From: a virus
Lineage: Duplodnaviria > Caudoviricetes
IMG/VR virus record: IMGVR_UViG_3300037424_001305
Span: 1-55,246 of that record
Length of the DNA stretch: 55,246 bases
Direction: 5' to 3' (one strand)
The position numbers were made by a program, and so were the translations under genes. The notes beneath the pieces were generated by a model. The model was not told the DNA's origin. It saw only the letters and a program-made list of their open reading frames with translations, and ran no database searches. Of this stretch, positions 26,829 through 36,400 are shown in pieces. The stretch's first letter is position 1. Every line of letters begins with the position of its first letter.

Positions 26829-27674
26829 ATGAACACGAACTTCCTCAACTGGTACAGCGGCAAGTCGGCGGAGAAGCTCCAGGCTCTGATGCCGGGCTTC
26901 CTGACGTCGGTCGAGCAGGGCTACTGGGAGCCGGGTCTGAGCCGGAGCTTCAGGTCCGCGCTCACCAAGCACAACGTGGCCACCAAAGCCGTCCGTCCCC
27001 TCCGCCGGGAGATGGAGCGCCTCGGCACTCCGGCCGGCGCCTCGGAGTACGACAAGCAGTACCGGCGCGTAGCCTGGATGGGCCGGGACGCGGCTACCGT
27101 GATGATCTACGGCCCGGCCCTCACTCAGATGGCCGGCCTCGACCTCGACGCCATGGATGCGGCCGCAAGTGACAAACTCAAGCCCCTGATGGCCCAGGTC
27201 CGCCGCTACGTCGCCGACTTCACCCCCGTCATGGAGGCCGTCCGGCGCCTGGACGCCACGAGGCCGGCGCCGGTGTTCACGAGCCTGGGCATCAGCCCCA
27301 CCGTGACCGCAACCCTGGGCGCTGCCTGGCTGAATCTCAATCTGGCCACCATCCGGCCCTGCCCCTACCACATCGAAGTGAGGGAGTCGACCGACTCCAA
27401 GGGGAAAGCGGTGTTCGAGGCCGTCATGGTCCTGGACTTCCCCGCGAACACCGTTCACGATGCCAGTCGCTTCGCCAGTGCGCAGCACTGTCATGCCTGT
27501 GGTCACCGAATCAGCAACTGCTTTAACTGGGTCTGCATCCTGGCCAATGACGACAACGGCCAAACCTACAGCATGTGGGTGGGTCGGGACTGCGCCAAGT
27601 CCATCTTCGGCATCGACGTCAAGGGCGAGTGCGAGTACAAGGGAATCCCCTTCCCTGGTAGAAGGTGGTTATGA
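26829..27674 (+). CDS. Hypothetical early protein with C-terminal Zn finger
   Basis: CHACGH...VGRDCAK. Confidence 0.65.
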   Translation: MNTNFLNWYSGKSAEKLQALMPGFLTSVEQGYWEPGLSRSFRSALTKHNVATKAVRPLRREMERLGTPAGASEYDKQYRRVAWMGRDAATVMIYGPALTQMAGLDLDAMDAAASDKLKPLMAQVRRYVADFTPVMEAVRRLDATRPAPVFTSLGISPTVTATLGAAWLNLNLATIRPCPYHIEVRESTDSKGKAVFEAVMVLDFPANTVHDASRFASAQHCHACGHRISNCFNWVCILANDDNGQTYSMWVGRDCAKSIFGIDVKGECEYKGIPFPGRRWL

Positions 27675-27889
27675 CCCTGAGCGAACAAATGTCGAGGCTG
27701 TGCAGTTGCCCGCACAAGTACGAGGTAGCCGAGACCCGCACCAGCGGTCCGCTCCAGATCACGGACGACGCGGAGGTCGCGCACCGCATCGCCCTGAGAA
27801 CCGAGCGCGCCATGGCCCGGAAGCGCTCCAAGGCCGCTGAAGTCCGGGAGATCAACCGCTGCATCGCCGAGAGGAGGTCGATGTCATGA
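27665..27889 (+). CDS. Hypothetical protein
   Basis: Coupled ORF. Confidence 0.5.
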   Translation: MVMTLSEQMSRLCSCPHKYEVAETRTSGPLQITDDAEVAHRIALRTERAMARKRSKAAEVREINRCIAERRSMS

Positions 27890-28095
27890 ACACGAACATC
27901 AAGCAGACGACAGCGGCAGCGAAGCGGGTGTCGGCCTGGATGGCGGCGAAGCAGGGCCGAGCCGTGCACATCGAGTGCCCCGAATGCGACCACCAGGGCC
28001 CTCACGACAGCAATGGGGACCGACTGGACCCGCAGGCCCTCTGCACAGGCTGCGGTATGGTGTTCAACGTCAATCCGCCGGAGATGGAGTCATGA
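27886..28095 (+). CDS. Zn-ribbon hypothetical protein
   Basis: CPEC...CTGC. Confidence 0.55.
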   Translation: MNTNIKQTTAAAKRVSAWMAAKQGRAVHIECPECDHQGPHDSNGDRLDPQALCTGCGMVFNVNPPEMES

Positions 28096-28253
28096 ACTGC
28101 CGCGAAGCCCAACGCCGTCTCAGCCAAGCCATCAAGGCCGTGAACGAGGCCTGTAGCGACGGCCAGAAGAGCCTTGGCGCTGTAGTGGCTATCAAGGCCT
28201 TGGTGGCCGTCTACAACGAGACCAAGAGCATCCTGGAGGTCCCATGTCAGTAA
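28092..28253 (+). CDS. Small hypothetical protein
   Basis: MNCREAQRRL..., ATGA-coupled. Confidence 0.45.
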   Translation: MNCREAQRRLSQAIKAVNEACSDGQKSLGAVVAIKALVAVYNETKSILEVPCQ

Positions 28254-28615
28254 GCCCGCGCAAGAAGCTGGCAAAGGAGAAGGCGAAGCAGGACCGCAAG
28301 CGCACCAAATGGGAGACCAGGGCCCTGAGCGTCGCCACGGACTACGCGGGTGCGCTCAACTACCTCTTGGCTGAGTCCGGGCACCAGCCAGACGCCGACC
28401 CCCTGAACCGGGACCAGCTCCTCCGCATCAACCCTCATAGCCTGGCCCTGGCGGCAGTGACCTGCGAGGTCGACGGGGTCAAGCTGATGGCAGACGGGAC
28501 CGCGGAGATCGACGGCCAGCTACTTGACCTGAGAGACTGGGGCTTCGACATGGACCAGCAGCTGGCCGCGGAGAGATACAATAGCGGTACCCTGGAGTTC
28601 TTCATCAAGCAGTAG
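28244..28615 (+). CDS. Hypothetical protein
   Basis: ORF with GGAGG SD. Confidence 0.55.
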   Translation: MSVSPRKKLAKEKAKQDRKRTKWETRALSVATDYAGALNYLLAESGHQPDADPLNRDQLLRINPHSLALAAVTCEVDGVKLMADGTAEIDGQLLDLRDWGFDMDQQLAAERYNSGTLEFFIKQ

Positions 28616-28636
28616 TTTCTTTCATGCTGTGGGCGC

Positions 28637-28665
28637 TTGACCTACCGAGAGGTTCCCGGTATAAC
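28637..28665 (+). promoter_or_regulatory. Sigma70-type early promoter TTGACC-N17-TATAAC
   Basis: Read directly; ATG 7 nt downstream. Confidence 0.75.
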
Positions 28666-28672
28666 TGCACCC

Positions 28673-29467
28673 ATGAACGCGATCGACCTTACCAGCTACG
28701 ACGTCATCCTGGTGAACAGCAGCGCCGGCAAGGACAGCCAGGCGATGCTGGACTACGTGGTCGGCCTGGCCCGCGAGGCCGGCGTCCTGGAGCGGGTGAC
28801 CGTCGTCCACGCCGACCTGGGCCGCGTCGAGTGGCAGGGCACCCGCGAGCTGGCCGCCAAGCAGGCTGCGGCCTACGATGTCCGCTTCGAGGTGGTGCGC
28901 CGCGAGAAGGGCGACCTTCTGGACCAAATCGAGGCCCGGGGCATGTTCCCGGACAACAAGAACCGCTACTGCACCAGCGACCAGAAGCGCGACCAGGTTG
29001 CCAAGCTGATGACCAAGCTGGCCGGCGAGCGCGCTGAGGCCACCCAGGGCCCCTGCCGCATCCTGAACTGCATGGGCCTGCGCGCGGCGGAGAGCCCGGC
29101 CCGTGGCAAGAAGGTCGCCTTCGAGGCCAACAAGCGGGCTACCAGCGGTCGCCGCACCGTCGACAACTGGCTGCCTATCCACAGCTGGACCCAGGACCAG
29201 GTTTGGGCCACCATCAAGGCCTCGGGCGTGCCCCACCACCCCGCCTACGACCTGGGCATGCCCCGCCTGTCCTGTGTGTTCTGCGTGTTCAGCAGCCGCG
29301 CTGCCCTGATGCTGGCCGGCAAGCACAACCCCGAGCTGCTGGCCAAGTACGTTGAGGTGGAGGCCAAAATCGGCCACCGCTTCACGAAGGCCAACAGTAT
29401 GGCTGAGATCAAGGCCGCCCTGGATGCAGGCGAGCAGCCCGGCGAGGTGACCACCTGGGAAATGTGA
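28673..29467 (+). CDS. PAPS-reductase-family (PP-loop) protein with Fe-S-type cysteines
   Basis: SSAGKDS PP-loop, RYCTSDQK, GLRAAESPAR, HPAYDLGMPRLSCVFC. Confidence 0.85.
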   Translation: MNAIDLTSYDVILVNSSAGKDSQAMLDYVVGLAREAGVLERVTVVHADLGRVEWQGTRELAAKQAAAYDVRFEVVRREKGDLLDQIEARGMFPDNKNRYCTSDQKRDQVAKLMTKLAGERAEATQGPCRILNCMGLRAAESPARGKKVAFEANKRATSGRRTVDNWLPIHSWTQDQVWATIKASGVPHHPAYDLGMPRLSCVFCVFSSRAALMLAGKHNPELLAKYVEVEAKIGHRFTKANSMAEIKAALDAGEQPGEVTTWEM

Positions 29468-29472
29468 AGGGC

Positions 29473-29501
29473 TTGACAAGGGCCCCGGAGTCCTGTAGAA
29501 G
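29473..29501 (+). promoter_or_regulatory. Sigma70-type early promoter TTGACA-N17-TAGAAG
   Basis: Read directly; ATG of a 14-aa ORF 7 nt downstream. Confidence 0.75.
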
Positions 29502-29612
29502 GATACCTATGAAGCTCACGACCAAGACTATCAGACACGGACTTCTAGATTGACAGACGTCGGCGGTATCAAGCCCGCCACCGGCGCCTAGTAGCACACA
29601 GGCAAGGGGACA

Positions 29613-29660
29613 GGCTCCCACCAGCAGGTAGGTCAACCAACGAACCCGCTGGTGGGAGCC
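29613..29660 (+). other. Perfect 13-bp RNA stem in non-coding leader
   Basis: GGCTCCCACCAGC...GCTGGTGGGAGCC, no U-tract. Confidence 0.7.
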
Positions 29661-29881
29661 GCAGCAGTACCCAAGGAGATGACACCGTATGAAGACCAAG
29701 ACCACCACCGCCCTCTTATCTACCTTCGAGGAAGCCAAGGAGAAGTACCGCCGGTGGCTGGTGGAGGTGGTTGAGGCTCCGTGTATTTGACGACGCCAAA
29801 AGCCGGGACCCAACATCATCGCCAGAAAGACACCATGACTACCCACAACGCCGCTGATACCCCGGAAGTCGAGACCATATC

Positions 29882-30295
29882 ATGAAGACCGTCGACGCCT
29901 GCCTGCTCAACAAAACCTTCTGGGACGAGGTCCTCCGGACCGCGATCGACGTCGGCTGGGAACGGCACATCAGCCGCTGCGAGGGGGAGTGCCTGTTCTG
30001 CTTCTGCTCACATTCCCCGGGATGCAGCTGTGGGCCCATCAAGCTCATGGGACACGGCTGCACCGACGAGGACCACGAGTACGTGCCCATCAAGCGGGAG
30101 CACGGCAACTGCTTCACGCCCCGCGCGGACGAGCCCTACCTGGTAGGTGGCTGGATCCAGCTGCCGGCCGGTGGCTACGTGGTCGACGACAGCTCGGACT
30201 TCGCGGCCATCTCGGCCGGGGATGAGGTGACCGTCCTTCACAGCAAAGCCCCGGACTTCGACCTGCCGACGAAGTACTACCTGGAGAACCGATAA
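29882..30295 (+). CDS. Hypothetical Cys-rich protein
   Basis: ORF. Confidence 0.55.
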   Translation: MKTVDACLLNKTFWDEVLRTAIDVGWERHISRCEGECLFCFCSHSPGCSCGPIKLMGHGCTDEDHEYVPIKREHGNCFTPRADEPYLVGGWIQLPAGGYVVDDSSDFAAISAGDEVTVLHSKAPDFDLPTKYYLENR

Positions 30296-30296
30296 C

Positions 30297-30665
30297 ATGG
30301 GAATCCACAAACAGAACCTGGACCTGGACGGGCTGCCGATCCTTGTAGACAGGAAGTGTCCTCATGGCCTCCGACAGGACCGCAGAGGAAACTCCAACTG
30401 TGAGTCGTGCTTCGACGACTCAATGACGGAGCACTACCTCCTGGGCATCAGTGTCGGCTGGGAACAGATTCAGAAATGGCTCAAGAAGAAGGCCGGGGAT
30501 GCCTTCGCGGACAGAAACGATGAAAGAGCCCATCTGTACCGGACCCTCGCCGACGAGGCCGAAGAGCGCCACAAGGGTACCCGGGCAGAGTATGAAAAGC
30601 ACCGCGCCGGGGCTAGTGGCCCCGCTGAGCCCGAAACTCGTCGTGCTCCAGGTCCCGGAAGGTGA
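30297..30665 (+). CDS. Hypothetical protein
   Basis: ORF, converges on the Mu-F-like gene. Confidence 0.55.
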   Translation: MGIHKQNLDLDGLPILVDRKCPHGLRQDRRGNSNCESCFDDSMTEHYLLGISVGWEQIQKWLKKKAGDAFADRNDERAHLYRTLADEAEERHKGTRAEYEKHRAGASGPAEPETRRAPGPGR

Positions 30666-31992
30666 CCGTACCGTCGGTGTTGAAGCCATAGCCAGGCAAC
30701 AGCGTCACCATAGTGCAGTTGTGCGACACCACACCGGACACCACGAACGACTCATCGTCCTCGACGGTAATGTCGTAGAGGCGTGCCCCCTTTGACATCT
30801 TCGCCCTGGGGACGCAGACGACCCGGTCGATGGTGACAGGCCGGAAAGAGTACCCGCCGGAGCTATTCAGACCTACTCGGCGGCGCTCCCTTTCTTCTTG
30901 TGGCTGCTTGCGCCCCAGGGTGGGGCCTGGTTTCCCGACCTTGCCTACACCTACGCAAGGGGCCGAACAAAATCGCGTACCGGGCTTCTTGATGTTGTGC
31001 GGAAACGGATGTCCGCATGCCTCACAGTCCTTGAACAGATATTGGAGCGTATCTTCACCTGGGCGCAGGCCGTCCGCCCTGACCCATCCCCGACCCGTCG
31101 ACATCAGGTGGTCGGCAGTCATCCGGAGGCTGTGGGTCGTCCCTTGCGGAGAAGTAAACTCGACCCGGTACAGGACGTCGTCCGGTGCCGGGACCTTGCC
31201 CTCTTCGCTGAATGTCGACAGCACGGATTTGAATTTTCCCGTATGTGTGAGGACACGGTCTCCGACTTTCACTTCATGTAGTGGCTTTGTCCCAGATTCG
31301 GTGATGACGGGCGCGTTCCTGTCGTATAAACACCTACAGTTCGGGTGCAGTCCCCCGACCTTCGGGTCAGGTTGGCCTCGTTTGTGGTAACCGTGGCCCA
31401 CCTCACTGAGATGGTAGACTCGTGGAGTCGTCCCGTCGTCAAGGAGGTGGAGTCGATGGCATTCGGCACATAGATGCTCGTCGCGTACAACGACCCAGTA
31501 GACCAGTGGATCCTCAACACCCTCGGCCGTATTGACCGCGATGATGCCATCGAGGGCTCCCATGTTGCGGGCGACCGTGGCTTCAGTGTCGACGAGACGC
31601 CGGATGTCCCGGGTCGTCTTGCCCCAGACTTCGGCAAGCTGACCCCCGAGAACGGTGGGGAGGTCGGTGGTAACGCCCCGAAACTCAGCTTCCTGGAGGA
31701 AGGCCTGGACTCGCCTGACAACTTCAGCCTTGGCCTTCGCCTCGTAAGCATCCATGTAGTTGCCAGCATTGTGGATGAGCCTCCGGAGAATGTCCTGGTC
31801 AGGAACGGCGCCCTCTTCCCGGCTGGCGCTGATGAAGAGGCCAGGCAGGGTGTGCACCATCGAATGCACAATGTGAATACGCTTCGGGAGCACCTGCGGA
31901 CCCAGGAACCGGACCCGGGCACGGTCGAAGAGCTTGGCGACCTCGGCTTCGATGATTTTGATAGCTGCCAGACTGAGCAGGTGGTCGACCAT
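30613..31992 (-). CDS. Minor head morphogenesis protein (Mu gpF/SPP1 gp7-like) with intein
   Basis: RRLVDTEA...N, VRDEHLCAEC, LHPNCR|C signature. Confidence 0.8.
   Translation of the reverse strand: MVDHLLSLAAIKIIEAEVAKLFDRARVRFLGPQVLPKRIHIVHSMVHTLPGLFISASREEGAVPDQDILRRLIHNAGNYMDAYEAKAKAEVVRRVQAFLQEAEFRGVTTDLPTVLGGQLAEVWGKTTRDIRRLVDTEATVARNMGALDGIIAVNTAEGVEDPLVYWVVVRDEHLCAECHRLHLLDDGTTPRVYHLSEVGHGYHKRGQPDPKVGGLHPNCRCLYDRNAPVITESGTKPLHEVKVGDRVLTHTGKFKSVLSTFSEEGKVPAPDDVLYRVEFTSPQGTTHSLRMTADHLMSTGRGWVRADGLRPGEDTLQYLFKDCEACGHPFPHNIKKPGTRFCSAPCVGVGKVGKPGPTLGRKQPQEERERRRVGLNSSGGYSFRPVTIDRVVCVPRAKMSKGARLYDITVEDDESFVVSGVVSHNCTMVTLLPGYGFNTDGTVTFRDLEHDEFRAQRGH
30718..31332 (-). mobile_element. Mini-intein (205 aa) with Zn-finger insert and no LAGLIDADG
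   Basis: HPNCR|CLYDRNAPVIT; TADH; LYDITVEDDESFVVSGVVSHN|C. Confidence 0.9.
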
Positions 31993-31995
31993 GGT

Positions 31996-33435
31996 CTAAT
32001 TCTTCCAGGAGAGGCAAAAGGACAGCTGCCCCACGTCAAAGATTCGGTGCCATCCTTGGCTCCGTCTCCACTGAACCTCGGTCAGACCGACCGGGCAGTC
32101 CGGGGTCTTCCTGAGCCCGAAACGATGCCGTCGGATGTGAAAGTCCGTGTACCAGTATCCCGGCGGGGTACTGCCTAGGAACTCAAATCCAGCAGCCACG
32201 TAGCTCCTCCCGGTACTGTATCGTCGGTCTGCAAAGGTCCAGAGCCTATCCACACCCTTCTCTCGGAGCCAAGTCTTGGCTCTGGAGACCAATCGAGAGA
32301 GCCCCCCGACCACCAAGTGGCCTAGCCGGGTCGCAACCCTGGCTATCTCCCACCTCGGGGTCCCGCCCAGATAACCGGCAACCCTCAGCGAGAGGACCTG
32401 AAGCAGATCGCCGCCGAGATATAGCCCCCAGCAAACGCTGGCCCGGGTATCTCCCTGGAGATGATTCAGATCCAGGAACTTCCGCCTCGTGACTACGTCA
32501 ATCTCCTTCAGACTGCACTTTCTGGCCATGGCCTTCTTGCCGATAGGAACCCCTAAGGCCTGGGCGATCAACGACTGGACGACGGCGGGCTTTTGTCGCC
32601 ACTCATCCTCAAAAAACTGGAGGAGCCGTAACCCCTTCCCTTCCGCGGCCTCTCGCTTCCTCAGATGGTAATTCCGGTCCGGCCGGCGAACCTCACTGTG
32701 CCAATAGAGGCCGTCGAATTCAATCGCCACAGACCTGGAGGCCACAAGAATATCGATTTCGTGTCTGTTGCCGAGAATCTGCCTGTCCGGACCGGCCGCA
32801 AAGCCAAGACCCCTTACAAACTCCAGGACCTCAAGTTCTCCCCTAGAGGCAGAATTGCAGCTACAGCTCGGGCAACGGCCTCCGGACCTGAAGCCATTCA
32901 CGGTGACTGAATATGGCCGATGACCGGGCTCGGGACAAGATACCTGAATCTTATCGTGGGCTTCACGATAATTAGCTAGCCCGTCAAGAACCTCATAGCC
33001 CGCACCCTCCACACTAGTCCTAATGTCCTCAGCTGTCAGTCTGCGGTAGTCACCCCTGGCCGCTCTCGCACAATGAGGACAGCCACGCCCCTTCCCAAGG
33101 TTCTTGACACTTACCTCATAATACGGATGGGTACCACAACTGACCTGGACTCGGTCGACGCCCCTAAGGGGTTTGTCCGGGTTCGAGACGAACCGATATC
33201 CGGGCCGCAGGAGAGCCTGGAGTTCGCCGGGTTGGATATTCCTACACTGGCGGCAACGGCGCCCGGCTCGGAAGTGATTTACGGTCACCTTGTAGGGGGT
33301 GTGGCCGACCGGGCACTGGACTTCGACACGGTCCTTTGTCGAGAGATATCCGTTAGAGGACACCAGCCGATAGCCGTGGGTCCTAAGTTCGGAATCTACT
33401 CCAGACAGGGAGATCGGCGATGGGCCTCGACTCAT
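31996..33435 (-). CDS. Hef-like homing endonuclease: Zn-ribbon repeats + PD-(D/E)xK nuclease + Mom/GNAT-like domain
   Basis: Three C..H...G.RC..C repeats; EIDI..VAIEFDGLYWH; NHLQG...VVGGLSRL...TFADRRYSTGRSY. Confidence 0.75.
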   Translation of the reverse strand: MSRGPSPISLSGVDSELRTHGYRLVSSNGYLSTKDRVEVQCPVGHTPYKVTVNHFRAGRRCRQCRNIQPGELQALLRPGYRFVSNPDKPLRGVDRVQVSCGTHPYYEVSVKNLGKGRGCPHCARAARGDYRRLTAEDIRTSVEGAGYEVLDGLANYREAHDKIQVSCPEPGHRPYSVTVNGFRSGGRCPSCSCNSASRGELEVLEFVRGLGFAAGPDRQILGNRHEIDILVASRSVAIEFDGLYWHSEVRRPDRNYHLRKREAAEGKGLRLLQFFEDEWRQKPAVVQSLIAQALGVPIGKKAMARKCSLKEIDVVTRRKFLDLNHLQGDTRASVCWGLYLGGDLLQVLSLRVAGYLGGTPRWEIARVATRLGHLVVGGLSRLVSRAKTWLREKGVDRLWTFADRRYSTGRSYVAAGFEFLGSTPPGYWYTDFHIRRHRFGLRKTPDCPVGLTEVQWRRSQGWHRIFDVGQLSFCLSWKN

Positions 33436-33465
33436 GTCTTCCTATAACGCCACGACCGTAACCGA

Positions 33466-36400
33466 CTACTTGCCCTTAGGGGCCTTGGTCTTGGCGACCC
33501 GTATGATAGCCTTCGTGGCCTCCGCGATGTCCTCTTCCCAGCCGCGAATGAAGTTGTCGACCGTGGCACGGTGCTGAGCCAGGAGGCGACGCTTGGAGGC
33601 CGGCAACTGCGCCTCGGACTTCGTCAACAGACCCAGGGCCTGGTTGATGCTTCTGGTGAGGTCACTGTCCTCAGTCTTACTGGTAGGCTGACCGTTCTCG
33701 TCTTGACCGCCTGGCGGCTGCTGCGGCTGCTGAGCCTGCGCCTGCATCTGTTGCTGCTGGAGCAGAAGGTTCTGGAACTGGAACCACAACGGATCTCGGA
33801 CGTATTGCAGGTCCGGCCGGTCCTTGAGGTCCTTCCGACCCAGAAAGTGGGCCGCGATCTCACCAACGGTGAGGCCCGTGTGATTGTCCAAAATCTGCTG
33901 GAACTGGGGATTGAGCGAGAACTCGCCGCCCCACTCCTTGCCGATGGGGTCCTTTTCGACCTTGTCGAGGATCTCATCGTAGGTCATGTGGACCGGGGCG
34001 TCCTGCTGGATCCGAATAGACTCCTTCTCCGCGGTCTCCGCGTCCAGACCCCGGAACTCAATCACCACCAGCTTGGCCAGCGTGGGGTCAATGATGGGCA
34101 GGATGTGGGCGTTGATGAAATCTTCCCACTGCTTGATGAGAGGCTTCAGGCCGACGTCGCGGGCTGCTTGAAGCTTATATTCGTTGTTGCTGTTATGTAC
34201 TTGAAATCCCTGAAGAATTTGTGCATGCTGGGAGTCGAAGACCTCCACGTCAACCATCGGGACCCGAGTTTGATGGACCACCAAATCGGTTACGGGCTCC
34301 AGGTGGTAGTCAGTCATCCAGGTGGGGAGCGGAACGCCCGCGTCTTCCATCGCCCGCCGGAGCCTGTTAAAGCTTACCTTGGGCTTCCCGGAGGAAATCG
34401 CCGTCAGATGGTCACGAACACCTTTGCTCCAGGTAGAATATGCGGCCGAAGCCCTGACGAGATTCGAGAGCTTTGCCGCAAGGCCAGCCGGAACCTCGCC
34501 GAGGCTCCACTTCTGGTCCCGACGCCGGGCCTGTTTGTGGGCCTGAAGAAAACCGATCTGCCCCCAGAAGCTGTTCTTGTCTTTGATGAACAGCTGCTTC
34601 TGGATGTCGCCACCCAAGGTGTTTTCCCCCCGGACGATGCCCTCGCAACCCAGCGTCCGGATCCCAAGTCCCAAGAGCATCTGTCGGACCTGCTCGCGGG
34701 TTCGATCGTCCTGAATCGTCAGAACGACTGCCCCGGTCTTGGTGGCATGGCCATCGGCCGAGAACAAGCCCCGAAGGAACGCGCGCCTATACTCCAACGG
34801 CAAGACATTGAACACCGGCGGAATAGTCTTACCCTCCGACGAATGAGAAAACCCAAGCCCCGCCAGAAACGAATTGAATTTGGAATTGTAAACGATATTG
34901 GTGATTCGAGAAGAAGCGATGGACTTGAAGCCGTACCGTTCCTTCAGGGCCTGTTCCTCTTGCTCGGACACCAACCGCTCGTGGTGCTTGACGCTAAATC
35001 CGAAATCGCAAAGAACCCGATTGTGCTCTTCCCAGATATCCCGTTCCTTGGCTTGATGATAGAAGAGCTTCATGGCGCCGCCGTGAATTCCGGGCCTGGC
35101 CGAAACCAGTGTCCCATCACCGGTCAGCCAGCCCAGGACCTCCATCAGTTCGGGGGTCAGTTCCCTCCCCTCAAAGTCGGGAATCAGGGCCTTGTCGCCG
35201 GCTACCGGGAGGGCGTTGACCACCAGCAGGTCCCCAAGGGCCAACTGCTCCTGACGTCGCCAGACCAGTTCACCGTCCTCGGTCAAGACCCGAAATCTGT
35301 GGTCCGGGGAAGTCTTCAGGCACTGGCCCCCGGCTCGGGTTTCGACCAACTGCTTCTCACCAGTCTCGAAAAGTCGGGCCGGAGCAAATTCCCGACCGGT
35401 CCACACCCGGACGGGAACCTCTTTCCTGCCGTCGAGCAGCTCGGTCGCAGTGGAAAAGCCCTTGTCGGTCCAGAGACAAGACCCCCTGTCAAAACACTCC
35501 GACAGGGCCTGGCTGTTGGTGCCGCGGCTGAGATGCGAGTACCCGGGCAGTTCGTCGGGGCTCATCTGGTAGGCGCTGAGGATAGTCCTGGCGTTGCTGT
35601 CACTCAGGTACTGGAACTCGGCATCACGCTGCCCCTGGTCGATGGACTGGTAGGTGACCTGGGCATCCTGGCCAACACCAAAGACGGGCATGCGCCAGGC
35701 GTTGTTCACACTGTTGATACTGGCGTTGAACTGCTGCCTGATGCGAGAGACGACCGTCTCATCGATGTCGTCCGACTGGATGACCAGCATGCCACGGCTG
35801 GCCCGACCTGACTGGAAGTACATCTTGTTGTGGGTCGTGATGTTGATATGCGTGAGGACCGCGGACAGAATGGTGTCGATGGGAGTCAGGGGGTAGCCCG
35901 ACAGCTCGACATTCGTCACCGGGTAGAAGTTGTGAACCACGCATTCCTGGGCCGTAAAGGCCTGCACGGGCCGACCCTCCACCACCTGCACCCAAGCGTA
36001 CTCGTCCTTCTCGAACCTCTCAGGGATAAGCTTCTTGTTCTTGATCTGCTCGATGAGACCCCGGGCCTGGTCACGAACCGCCTGAGCCGCGGTCTTCTGC
36101 GGCGCCGCCCGATAGACGGTGCCAGCGTCGATGGGCCGGAAGCTGTGCGGCTTACTATTGCCAGCCTGGTCCTGGATTTGGACGATTTCCGTGGCGATAC
36201 GCCCGAAGGTCAGGGCGTCACGGGTGGACATGTATAGGTACTGGGTGAACGACATCCGGTCGTTGTCACCCCAGCCCCGGGTCTCACCGCAGGTGATTAG
36301 CTTGTCGCACATCTTATCGATGCGGTTCTGGAGGTCCTCCTGCTGCTCTGGGGTGGCATTGTCCATGACACCGGGACGCGGCTCAACAACAAAGCCGAAA

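Noticed and set aside
29590-29670. c-di-GMP (GEMM) riboswitch, given the phage GGDEF domain
   Set aside because: Only GCACA..GGCAA resembles it; the GNRA loop, GCAAAG junction and receptor are absent.
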